The position numbers and the translations under genes were made by a program. The notes beneath the pieces are model-generated. The model did not search any database. It was not told where the DNA came from and saw only the letters and a list, made by a program, of their open reading frames with translations. Below, piece by piece: positions 14,196 to 26,319 of a stretch of DNA of 64,000 nucleotides. Numbering within the stretch: the stretch's first letter is position 1; each line of letters starts with the position of its first letter. Origin of the DNA: Owenia fusiformis (lineage: Eukaryota). Location of the stretch: the NCBI GenBank assembly GCA_903813345.2, contig CAIIXF020000001.1, positions 32,798,001-32,862,000 on the forward strand, written 5' to 3'.

Positions 14196-15967
14196 ATCCT
14201 GATAGAAAGTCAAGAGTAGAGAAGAAAATATTGAAAAATGCATCCATCCTTCCTTTCTGATCCTATCCTATCCTCCCTATCTACCCTTGCTTCGTATCCT
14301 CTCCTTCCTATCCTTCCTATTCTATCCCTTCTTCCTATTCTATTATATCATTCTTTCCTATTCTATCCTATAGTTCCTTCCTATTCTATCCTATCCTTCC
14401 TTCCTTTATCATCCATCCATCCATTCATCTTTTTCTGGATGACTTAGCTTATTTTGGATGACTTGGCTTATTCTGGATGACTCGGCTAAAAAAAGTCTAG
14501 ATCTGGAGTCTGAAATTGAACTCGTTCAATTTCCAAAATCTAGTTATTCTTCTTATTATTCTAACCCAGTTTTCTCAATAACCATAGGGTCTTCAGTAAA
14601 GTCAATCATTTGGTCAATTTAGGTTCAGTATCTAGTTCTCTGGAAATTGGGTCAAATTTTTATCTAGGTCAAAGGTCAAGAACTAGGTCAAATCCAGTAC
14701 TTTGTCACTTTTTTCGATTTTCTCGGTCATCCTTCAATATTTTTGATCCGGGTTTTTTTCATTGTGTTCCTTATAAAAAAGTAGGAAACCTAGGGTCGAT
14801 TTAGTTTTTTGATATCTCAAACCGATTTCGAGATATCAGTGTCCGAAAACGAGGTCCAAAAAAAAGTTCTCCGAATCAAATGTTCAGGATATTAGTCTTA
14901 TAGGAAATTTTCTCAGAATTCCGAATCTGAAAACGAAATTTCGATCCGACTTCCAGTTCGGAAGTTATGGCGTTTTGAAAACTCAAAAATTGCTAAATTT
15001 GGTGCCCATGTTAAGTCAATGGGAAAAAAAAAATTTTTGAAGTTAAAAATACGGAATTAAGACTGAGTTCAGCTTCATATAATCAAAGCCTTTAAAAGAA
15101 GGAGACCTCAAAAGCCATCTAGCTTCAAAATTTGGACACCGAAATGCCTAGGTCAAAATCTAGGTCAAATTCATAGGTTTTCCTTATTTTTTCGATTCTG
15201 ACACTACACTTTAATTATATTCTTCGAAATTGTGTATACATGTAGCCAAGAATATGCTAAAAGTGTTAGCCTTTTGCCGTCAGAAAGTATTTTGATCCAC
15301 TTTTGAGATATGGTGTCCGAAAAGTAGGTCAAAATAAAAAAGTTCTCCAAATTTAATATATGAGTTATGAATTAAGGGTAGAATTCTGTCAGGAATCCGG
15401 ATCTGCAAACCAAATTTCGATCCGACTTCCGGTTCGGAAGTTATGGCGTGTCCGAAAAGTAGGTCAAAATAAAAATTCGCCAAATTTAACGTATGAGTTA
15501 TGAATTAGGGGTAGAATTTTGTCAGGAATCCGAATCTGCAAATCAAATTTCGATCCGACTTCCGGTTCGGAAGTTATGGCGTTTTGAAATTTCAAGAAAA
15601 ATCGATCTGATGGTATCCTGATAGAAAGTCAAGAGTAGAGAAGAAAATATTGAAAAGTGCATCCATCCTTCCTTTCTGATCCTATCCTATCCTTCCTATC
15701 TACCCTTGCTTCGTATCCTCTCCTTCCTATCCTTCCTATTCTATCCCTTCTTCCTATTCTATTCTATCCTTCTTTCCTATTCTATCCTATCGTTCCTTCC
15801 TATTCTATCCTATCCTTCCTTCCTTTTTCATCCATCCATCCATCCATCTTTTGCTGGATGACTTAGCTTATTTTGGATGACTTGGCTTATTCTGGATGAC
15901 TCAGCTAAAAAAAGTCTAGATCTGGAGTCTGAAATTGAACTCGTTCAATTTCCAAAATCTAGTTATT

Positions 15968-17439
15968 AGACTCCAGATGAAATCTGGAGTCTATTGTTTT
16001 CGTCAGTTTTCTTCCTATTATTATTATTCTTATTCTTATTATTCTAAACCAGTTTTCTCAATAACCATAAGGTTTTTAGTAAAGTCAGTCATTTGGTCAA
16101 TTTAAGTTCAGAATCTAGTTCCTCGGAAATTGGGTCAAATTTTTATCTAGGTCAAAGGTCAAGAACTAGGTCAAATCCAGTACTTTGTCACTTTTTTCGA
16201 TTTTCTCAGTCGTCCTTCAATATTTTCGATCCGGGTTTTTTTCATTGTGTTCCTTATAAAAAAGTAGAAAACCTAGGGTCGATTTAGTTTTTTGATATCT
16301 CAAACTGATTTCGAGATATCAGTGTCCGAAAACGAGGTCCAAAACAAAGTTCTCCGAATCAAATGTCCAGGATATTAGTCTTATAGGAAATTTTCTCAGG
16401 ATTCCGAATCTGAAAACGAAATTTGGATCTGACTTCTAGTTCGGAAGTTATGGCGTTTTGAAAACTCAAAAATCGCTAAATTTGGTGCCCATGTTAAGTC
16501 AATGGGAAAAAATATTTTTTTGAAGTGAAAAATACGGAATATAGACTGAGTTCAGCTTCATATAATCAAAGCCTTTAAAAGAAGGGGACCTCAAAAGCCA
16601 TCTAGCTTCACAATTTGGACACCGAAATGCCTAGGTCAAAATCTAGGTCAAATTCATAGGTTTTCCTTATTTTTTCGATTCTGACACTACACTTTAATTA
16701 TATTCTTCGAAATTGTGTATACATGTAGCCAAGAATATGCTAATAGTGTTAGCCTTTTGCCGTCAGAAAGTATTTTGACCCACTTTTGAGATATGGTGTC
16801 CGAAAAGTAGGTCAAAATAAAAAGTTCTCCAAATTGAATATATGAGTTATGAATTAAGGGTAGAATTCTGTCAGGAATCCGAATCTGCAAACCAAATTTC
16901 AATCCGACTTCCGGTTCGGAAGTTATGGCGTGTCCGAAAAGTAAGTCAAAATAAAAAATCTCCAAATTTAACGTATGAGTTATGAATTAGGGGTAGAATT
17001 TTGTCAGGAATCCGAATCTGAAAACCAAATTTCGATCCGACTTCCGGTTCGGAAGTGATAGCGTTTTGAAATTTCGAGAAAAATCGATCTGATGGTATCC
17101 TGATAGAAAGTCAAGAGTAGAGAAGAAAATATTGAAAAATTCATCCATCCTTCCTATCTCATCCTACCCTATCCTTCCTATCTATCCTTCCTTCATATCT
17201 TTTCCTTCCTATCCTATCCTATCCTATCCTTTCTTCCTATTCTATCCTATCCTTCTTTCTTATTCTATCCTATCGTTCTTTCCTATTCTATCCTATCCTA
17301 CCTTCCTATTTTATTTATCCATCTCTTTCTAGATGACTCAGCTTATTCTGGATGACTCGGCTTATTCTGGATGACTCGGCTAAAAAAAAGTCTAGATCTG
17401 GAGTCTGAAATTGAACTTCGTTCAATTTCCAAAATCTAG
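15968..17439 (+). mobile_element. Intact single Helentron-like non-autonomous element (head + body, ~1.47 kb)
   Basis: AGACTCCAGAT-GAA-ATCTGGAGTCT head, (TTA/TTC)n tract, core, ~133-bp subrepeats, CCTAT/CCTT microsatellite, 20-bp TTCTGGATGACTCGGCTTAT-type repeats, 3' subTIR, hairpin, CTAG. Confidence 0.8.
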
Positions 17440-19379
17440 TTCTTATTCTTATTATTCTAAACCAGTTTTCTCAATAACCATAAGGATTTCAGTAAAGTCA
17501 GTCATTTGGTCAATTTAGGTCCAGAATCTAGTTCCTCGGAAATTGGGTAAATTTTTTATCTAGGTCAAAGGTTAAGAACTAGGTCAAATCCAGTACTTTG
17601 TCACTTTTTTCGATTTTCTCGGTCGTCCTTCAATATTTTCGATCTGGGTTTTTTTCATTGTGTTCCTTATAAAAAAGTAGGAAACCTAAGGTCGATTTAG
17701 TTTTTTGATATCTAAAACCGATTTCGAGATATCAGTGTCCGAAAACGAGGTCCAAAAAAAAGTTCTCCGAATCAAAAGTCCAGGATATTAGTCTTATAGG
17801 AAATTTTCTCAGGATTCCGAATCTGAAAACGAAATTTAGATCTGACTTCCAGTTCGGAAGTTATGGCGTTTTGAAAACTCAAAAATCGCTAAATTTGGTG
17901 CCCATGTTAAGTCAATGGGAAAAAAATTTTTTTTGAAGTGAAAAATACGGAATATAGACTGAGTTCAGCTTCATATAATCAAAGCCTTTAAAAGAAGGGG
18001 ACCTCAAAAGCCATCTAGCTTCACAATTTGGACACCGAAATGCCTAGGTCAAAATCTAGGTCAAATTCATAGGTTTTCCTTATTTTTTCGATTCTGACAC
18101 TACACTTTAATTATATTCTTCGAAATTGTGTATACATGTAGCCAAGAATATGCTAATAGTGTAAGCCTTTTGCCGTCAGAAAGTATTTTGACCCACTTTT
18201 GAGATATGGTGTCCGAAAAGTAGGTCAAAATAAAAAGTTCTCCAAATTGAATATATGAGTTATGAATTAAGGGTAGAATTTTGTCAGGAATCCGAATCTG
18301 CAAACCAAATTTCGATCCGATTTCCGGTTTGGAAGTTATGGCGTGTCCGAAAAGTAGGTCAAAATAAAAAATCTCCAAATTTAACGTATGAGTTATGAAT
18401 TAGGGGTAGAATTTTGTCAGGAATCCGAATCTGCAAACCAAATTTCGATCCGACTTCCGGTTCGGAAGTGATAGCGTTTTGAAATTTCGAGAAAAATCGA
18501 TCTGATGGTATCCTGATAGAAAGTCAAGAGTAGAGAAGAAAATATTGAAAAATTCATCCATCCTCCTATCTCATCCTACCCTATCCTTCCTATCTATCCT
18601 TCCTTCATATCTTTTCCTTCCTATCCTTCCTATCCTATCCTATCCTATCCTATCCTTTCTTCCTATTCTATTCTATCATATCCTTCTTTCTTATTCTATC
18701 CTATCGTTCTTTCCTATTCTATTCTACCTTCCTATTTTATTTATCCATCTCTTTCTAGATGACTCAGCTTATTCTGGATGACTCGGCTTATTCTGGATGA
18801 CTCGGCTAAAAAAAGTCTAGATCTGGAGTCTGAAATTGAACTTCGTTCAATTTCCAAAATCTAGTTATTCATTATTATTCTTTATTATTCTTTCCCAGTT
18901 TTCTCGATAACCATAAGGCTTCCAATAAAGATCATTATCCAGTCAATTTATGTCCAGTATCTAGTTCCTCGGAAATTGGGTCAAATTTTTATCTAGGTCA
19001 AAGGTCAAGAACTAGGTCAAATCTTACATTTTCAACATTCTATCATTTATCTTCGTCGTTGTTTATCGTAACTCCTAAATCTTTTTTTCATCATGTAGCT
19101 TAGAAAAAGCCAAAGCAAAGATATGACATTAGATTTTTGATTACGCTTACCGATTTTGAAATATGGCGTCAAGAAAGTAGGTCAAAATGAAAAGTTCTCC
19201 AAATGTAACATCTGAGTTATAAATTAAGGGTAGAATTTACTCAGGAATCCGAATCTGCAAACCAAATTTCGATCCGACGTCCGGTTCGAAAGTTATGGCG
19301 TTTTGAAATTTCGAGAAAAATCGATCTGATGATATCTTTATAGAAAGTCAAGAGTAGCGAAGAAAATATAGAAAAAATC

Positions 19380-20620
19380 ATCCATCCTTCCTTCCTATCC
19401 TGTCTGATCATATCCTTCCTATCTATCTTTCCTTCCTACCCTTTCCTTCCTATCCTATCCTTCCTTCCTATTCTATATCCTATCCTATATCCTATCCTAT
19501 ATCTATCCTATTTCCTTTCGTATATCCTATCCAATCCTATCCTTCTTTCCTATCCTTCCTATCCTATCCTTCCTTCCTATCCTATACTATCCTATCGTTT
19601 CTTCCTATTCTATCCTATCCTTCCTTCCTATTCTGGAAGGAAGGATAGGATAGGAAGGAAGGATAGGATAAGAAGGATAGGAAAGAGGGATAAGACTGGA
19701 CGACTTGGCTTATTCTGGACGACTCGGCTATATCCATCCCACCTATCCTATTCAATCATATCCTTCTTTCCTATCCTTCCTATCTATCCTTCCTTCCTTC
19801 CTTCCTATCCCATCCTTCCTATTCTGTCCTATCTTACTCTTTCTTCGGATTCTATCATATCCTATTCTATCCTTCCTATCCTATCCTATACTATCCTATC
19901 CTTTCTTCTTATTCTGTCCTATCCTATGAATTCATCCATCAATCCATCCATCCATCGGCTTATTCTGGATGACTCGGCTTATTCTGGATGACTCAGCCTA
20001 TTCTGGATGATTTGGCTATTTTGGATGACTCGACTATAATATCCATCCCACCTATCCTATCCAATCCTATCCTTCTTTCCTATTCTTCCTATCCTATCCT
20101 TCCTTCCTATCCTATCCTACCCTTCCTATTCTGTCCTATCTTATTCTTTCTTCGGATTCTATCGTATACTATTCTATCCTTCCTATCCTATCCTATACTA
20201 TCCTATCCTTCCTATTCTATCCTATCCTTCCTCCCTATTCTGTCCTATCCTTCCTATCCTATCAATCCATCCATTCATCCATCAATCCATCGGCTTATTA
20301 TGGATGAATCAGCTTATTCTGGATGACTCAGCTTATTCTGGATGACTTGGCTTATTCTGGAATACTCGGCTATATCCATCCCACCTATTCTATCCAATCC
20401 TATTCTTCTTTCCTATCCTTCCTTCCTATCCTATCCTATCCTTCCTATTCTGTCCTATCTTATTCTTTCTTCGGATTCTATCGTATCCTATTCTATCCTT
20501 CATACCCTATACTATCCTATCCTTTCTTCCTATTCTATCCTATCCTACCTTCCTATTTTATTCATCCATCTTTTTTGGATGACTCAGCTTATTCTGGATG
20601 ACTCGGCTTATTTTGGATGA
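19380..20620. repeat. Expanded CCTAT/CCTT polypyrimidine microsatellite with interspersed 20-bp repeats (3' module reiterated ~4 times)
   Basis: Alternating pyrimidine tracts and TTCTGGATGACT(C/T)GGCTTA blocks at ~19700, 19960, 20300 and 20580. Confidence 0.85.
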
Positions 20621-22762
20621 CTAAGCTAAAAAAGGTCTTAATCTGGAGTCTGAAATTGAACTTGTTCAATTTCCAAAGTCTAGTTATTCTTCTACCCACG
20701 TTTTCTCCTTAACTAGAAGACATTGAGTCAAGTCCTGTATATGGTCAATTTAGGTCCAGTATCTAGTTTCTGGGAAATTGGGTCAATTTTTTATCTAGGT
20801 CAAAGGTCAAGAACTAGGTCAAATCCAGTACTTTGTCACTTTTTTCAATTTTCTCAGTCGCCCTTCAATATTTTTGATCCAGGTTTTTTTCATTCTGTTC
20901 CTCATAAAAAAGTAGGATATCTAGGTTCGATTTAGTTTTTTGATATCTCAAACCGATTTTGAGATATGGCGTCCAGAAAGTAGGTCACACCAAAACGTGC
21001 TCCAAATTCAATGTATGAGTTGTGAATTAGGGGTAGAATTTTGTCAGGTATTCCGAATCTGCAAACCAAATTTCGATCCGACTTCTGGTTCGGAAGTTAT
21101 GGCGTTTTGAAAACTCAAAAATAGCTAAATTTTGTGCCAATGTTAAGTCAATGGGAAAAAAGATTTTTTTTAAGTGAAAAATACGAAATATAGACTGAGT
21201 TCAGCTTAATTTAATGAAAGGCTTCAATAGAAGGGGACCTCAAAAGCCATCTAGCTTCAGAATTTGGACACCAAAATTCCTAGGTCAACATCTAGGTCAA
21301 ATTCAAAGGTTTTCCTTATTTTGCGATTCTGACACTACACTTCAATTATATTCTTCGAAATTGTGTATACATGTAGCCAAGAGTGTGATAATAGTGTTAG
21401 CGTTTTGCCGTCAGAAAGTATTTTGACCCACTTTTGAGATATGGTGTCCAAAAAGTAGATCAAAATAAAAAGTTCTCCAAATTTAACATATGAGTTATTA
21501 ATTAGGAGTAGAATTTTGTCAGGAATCCGAATCTGCAAACCAAATTTCAATCCGACTACCGGTTCGAAAGTTATGGCGTGTCCGAAAAGTAGGTCTAAAT
21601 AAAAAATTCGCCAAATTTAACGTATGAGTTATGAATTAGGGGTAGAATTTTGTCAGGAATCCGAATCTTTAAATCAAATGTCGATCTGACTTCAGGTTCG
21701 GAAGTTATGGCGTTTTGAAATTTCGGAAAATCGATCTGATGGCATCCTGATAGAGTCAAGAGTAGAGAAGAAAACATTGAAAAATTCATCTATCCTTCCT
21801 ATCTGATCTTATCCTATCCTTTCCTTCCTATCTATCCTTCTTTCGTATCTTTTCCTACCTATCCTTCCTATCCTCTCCTATCCTATCCTTCTTTCTTATT
21901 CTATCCTATCGTTCCTTCCTATTCTATCCTATCCTACCTTCCTATTTTATCCATCCATCTTTTTCTGGATGACTCAGCTTATTCTGGATGACTCGGCTTA
22001 TTCTGGATGACTCAGCTAAAAAGGTCTAAATCTGGAGTCTGAAATTGAACTTCGTTCAATTTCCAAAGTCTAGTTATTTTACTGGCCACGTTTTCTCAAT
22101 AACTATAAGGTATCTTTTCAAGACTATTATATGGTCAAATAAGGTCTAGTATCTAGTTGGTGGGAAATGGGGTCAAATTTTTATCTAGGTCAAAGGTCAA
22201 GAACTAGGTCAAATCCAGTACTTTGTCACTTTTTCCCATTATCTCGGTCGTCCTTCAATATTTTTGATCCGGGTTTTTTTCATTGTGTTCGTCATAAAAA
22301 AGTAGAAAAACGCAATACGATTTAGATTTTTGATATGTCGAACCGATTTCGAGATATCAGTGTCCGAAAACGAGGTCCAAAAAAAAGTTCTCCGAATCAA
22401 ATGTCCATGATATTAGTCTTATATGAAATTTTCTCAGGATTCCGAATCTGAAAACCAAATTCAAATCGGACTTCCGGTTCGAAAGTTATGGCGTTTTGAA
22501 AGCTCAAAAATCGCTAAATTTGGTGCCCATGTTAAGTCAATGGGAAAAAAAAAAATTTTGAAGTGAAAAATACGAAATATAGACCGAGTTCTGCTAAATG
22601 TAATGAAAGCCTTTAAAAGAATGGGACCTAAAAAGCCATCTAGCTTCAAAATTTGGACACCAAAATGCCTAGGTCAAAATCTAGGTCAAATTCAAAGTTT
22701 TTCCTTATTTTTGCGATTCTGACACTACAGATTAATTATATTCTTCTAAATTTTGTGTACAT

Positions 22763-22963
22763 TTTTATTATTAATGTTTTTATTATTCTTAAATCATAGT
22801 AATTTACAAAGTACAAGTAAGCAAAACCAATCGCCATTTGGCATTACAGGTCGCTTTAACATAAATTTAGTTTAGAAGCAAGTAATAATAAAACAAAAAA
22901 AGTGCATAAAACTATTGAAAAGTTTTGTTGTTAATTGCTTAGTTGCTTAGTTGTTGGGGATGT
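22763..22963 (-). mobile_element. ~200-bp 5'-truncated retroposed insertion (non-LTR 3' end) inside a Helentron-like unit
   Basis: 12-bp direct repeat TTTTGTGTACAT at 22751-22762 and 22964-22975. Paralogous units have a single TT(T/G)TGTATACAT here. The minus-strand end reads AATAAAAACATTAATAATAAAAA. Confidence 0.75.
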
Positions 22964-23854
22964 TTTTGTGTACATGTAGCCAAGAGTGTGCTAATAGTGA
23001 TAGCCCTTTGCCGTCAGAAAGTATTTTGCCCCACTTTTGAGATATGGTGTCCGAAAAGTAGGTCAAAATAAGAAATTCTCCAAATTTAACGTTTGAGTTA
23101 TGAATTAAGTATAGAATTTCCTCAGGAATCCGAATCTGCAAACCAAATTTGGAAGTTATGACATTTTGAAAGCTCAAAAATCGCTAAATTTGGTGCCCCA
23201 TGTTATGGCAATGGGAAAAAAGATTTTTTTGAAGTGTAAAATACGAGATTTAGACTAAGTACAGCTTAAAATAATGAAAGCCTATGAAAGTAGGGGACCT
23301 TGAAGGCTACTTAACTTCAAAATTTGGACACCAAAATCCCTAAGTCAAAATCTAGGTCAAATTCATAGTTTATCCTTATTTTTGCGATCCTGACACTACA
23401 CTTTAATTATATTCTTCGAAATTGTGTATATATGTAGCCAAGAGTGGGCTAATAGTGTTAGCCTTTTGCCGTCAGAAAGTATTTTGGCCCACTTTTGAGA
23501 TATGGTGTCCGAAAAGTAGGTCAAAATAAAGAGTTTTCCAAATTGAACATATGAGTTATGAATTAAGGGTAGAATTCTGTCAGGAATCTGAATCTGCAAA
23601 CCAAATGTCAATCCGACTTCCGGTTCGGAAGTTATGGTGTGTCCGAAAAGTAGGTCAAAATAAAGAGTTCTCCAAATTTAACGTATGAGTTATGAATTAA
23701 AGATAGAATTTTCTCAGGAATCCGAATCTGCAAATCAAATTTCGATCAGACTTCCTGTTCAAAAGTTATGGCATTTTGAAATTTCGAGAAAAATCGATCT
23801 GATGATAGCCTTATAGAAAGTCAAGAGAAGTGAAGAAAAAAATCGAAAAAATAC

Positions 23855-24085
23855 CTGTCCAGTCCATTTACAGGTCCAAGTCCAGGTCTTAGTCCAAATC
23901 AGGTTCCAGTCCAGTCAAAGTCCAGGTTCAGGTCAATTCCAGTCCAGTTCCAAGGCCAGTACAGGTCCAAGTATAGTCTAAGTCCAGTCCAAGACCAGCC
24001 CAGGTTCAATCCAGTCAAGGTTCAAATCCAGTCAAGGTCCAGTCCAAGTCCAGCCAGTCCGTCCTTCCATCCGTCTGTCCATCTG
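23855..24085. repeat. GTCCAG/GTCCAA hexamer microsatellite replacing the CCTAT tract in one element subtype
   Basis: Runs of gtccaa/gtccag/gttcag; related runs at 13065-13160 and 13653-13748. Confidence 0.8.
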
Positions 24086-26319
24086 TCTTTTTAAAAACCC
24101 CAGAAGAATCTGGAGTCTGAAATTGAACTTGTTCAATTTCCCAGGTCTAGTTATTCCTCTTTTTCTTTCTTTCTTTCTTTCTTCCTCCTAACAGATTTTC
24201 TCTCCAACTATAACATCTTACTTAATCCAACCTACATGGTTGACTAGGGAATGTATCTGGCTTTCTGGGAAATAAGGTCAAATTTTTATCTAGGTCATAG
24301 GTCAAGAACTAGGTAAAATCTTGGATTTTCACTAATTCACCACTTTTCTCAGTCGTCTTTCAATATTTTCGCTCCGGGTTTTTTCATCATGTTCCTTGGA
24401 AAAACGCTAATTCCGTATGGCAAATCGTTTTTTGATTACTCTTACCGATTTTGAGATATTGCGTCCGAAAAGTAGGTCAGAACAAAAACTTCTCCAAATT
24501 CAACATGTGAGTTATGGAATAAGTGTAGAATGATCTCAGGAATCCGAATCTGCAAACCAAATTTTAATCAGATTTCCGGCTCGGAAGTTATGGCGTTTTG
24601 AAAGCTCAAAAATCGCTAAATTTGGTGCCTATGTTAAGTCAATGGGAAAAAAGACTTTTTCGAAGTGTAAAATACAAGATATAGACTGAGAACAGCTTAA
24701 CATAATGAATGCTTATAAAAGAAGGGGACCTCAAAAGCTACATAGCTTCAAAATTTGGACACCAAAATGCCTAGCTCAAAATCTAGGTCGAATTCATAGT
24801 TTTTCCTTATTTTTACGATTCTGACACTACACTTTAATAATTTACTTCAAAATTTTGTATACAGGTAGCAAAGAGTAAGCTAATAGTGTTAGCCTTTTGC
24901 CGTCAGAAAGTATTTTGACCCACTTTTGAGATATGGTGTCCGAAAAGTAGGTCAAAATAAAAAAATCTCCAAATTTAAGTAGAATTTTCCCAGGAATCCG
25001 AATCTGCAAACCAAATTTCAATCCGACTTTCGGTTCGGAAGTTTTGGCGTTTTGAAAGCTCAAAAATCGCTAAATTTGGTGCCCCATGTTATATGTCAAT
25101 GAGAAAAAAAAAATTTTGAAGTGTAAAATACCAGATATAAACTGAGTACAGCTTAACATTCTGAAAGCATATAAAGGAAGGGGACCTCGAAGGCTATCTA
25201 GCTTTAAAATTTGGACACCAAAATGCCTAGCTCAAAGTCTAGGTCAAATTCATAGTTTTTCCTTATTTTTGCGATTCTGACATTACACTTTAATGATTTG
25301 CTTCGAAATTTTGTATACAGGTAGCAAAGAGTGTGCTTATAGTGTTAGCCTTCTGCCGTCAGAAAGTATTATGACCCACTTTTGAGATATGGTGTCTGAA
25401 AAGTAAGTCAAAACAAATAGTTCTCCAAATTTAACGTATGGGTTATGAATTAAGGGTAGAATTTTCTCAGGAATCAGAATCTTTAATTCGAAAGTAATGG
25501 CGGTTTGAAGTCTCAAAAATCGCTATTTTGGTGCCCCATGTTAAGTCAATGGGGCTGAAGAAAATTATGAATTGGAAAAACACGGTATTTAGACTTAATG
25601 CAGCCAACATAATGAAAGCCTACAAGAAAAGTTGACCTCAAAATCTACTTTGTCTCAAAATTTGAACACTAAAAAGCCAATGTCAAAATCTAGGTCAAAG
25701 TTTGAGTTTTTCCTTAATTTTGCGAATCTGACACTACACTTTAATAATATTCCTTGAAATTTGGTATACAGATAGCAAAAGGTATGCTAATAGTGTTAGC
25801 CTTTTGCCGTCAGAAAGTATTTTGACCCACTTTTGAGATATGGTGTCCTGAAAATAGGTCAAAATAAAAAGTTCTCCAAATTTAACATGTGAGCTATGAT
25901 CTAAAGGTAGAATTTTCCCAGGAATCCGAATCTTTAAACCGAATTTCGATCCAACTTCTGATTAGATAGTTATAGCGGTTTGAAGTCGCGAAAAGTCGAT
26001 ATGATGATATCCCCATGTTAAGCCAATGGAGTCGAAGATAACATTCTTAAGAGTTGTCTAAATGTCTATATTCTAGCTGACTCAGCTTATTCTGAATGAC
26101 TCAGCTTACAAGTATTTGGATGACTCAGCTTAAAAAAAGTCTGAAATCTGGAGTCTTAAATTGAACTTGTTCAATTTACATGTCTAGTTATTAATAAGTT
26201 TATTGGTCTCTTGAACATGTAATGTACATCGAGAGGTTAGTCCAATAAAGCAAATAACAAATAAAACATTCATGTACATGCATGGCAAAACAATACTTAC
26301 AATCTAATTTTAACAATCA

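Larger units (their letters stand above)
1..26187 (+). mobile_element. Array (left nest) of non-autonomous Helentron/DINE-1-like elements; 16 3' ends visible, continues beyond the window start
   Basis: Each unit ends ATCTGGAGTCT-(G/T)AAATTGAAC..GTTCAATTT (stem-loop)-CTAG then TT. The final G lies at 597, 2033, 3460, 5072, 7134, 8556, 10437, 12358, 14543, 15962, 17439, 18864, 20683, 22073, 24150 and 26187. Spacing is mostly ~1.4 kb, up to ~2 kb. 5' palindromic heads start at 5078, 5129, 5183, 12373, 12430, 12543 and 15968. No coding capacity. SubTIRs, 3' stem-loop, T-rich target and internal tandem repeats match the known HINE/DINE-1 layout. Confidence 0.8.
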
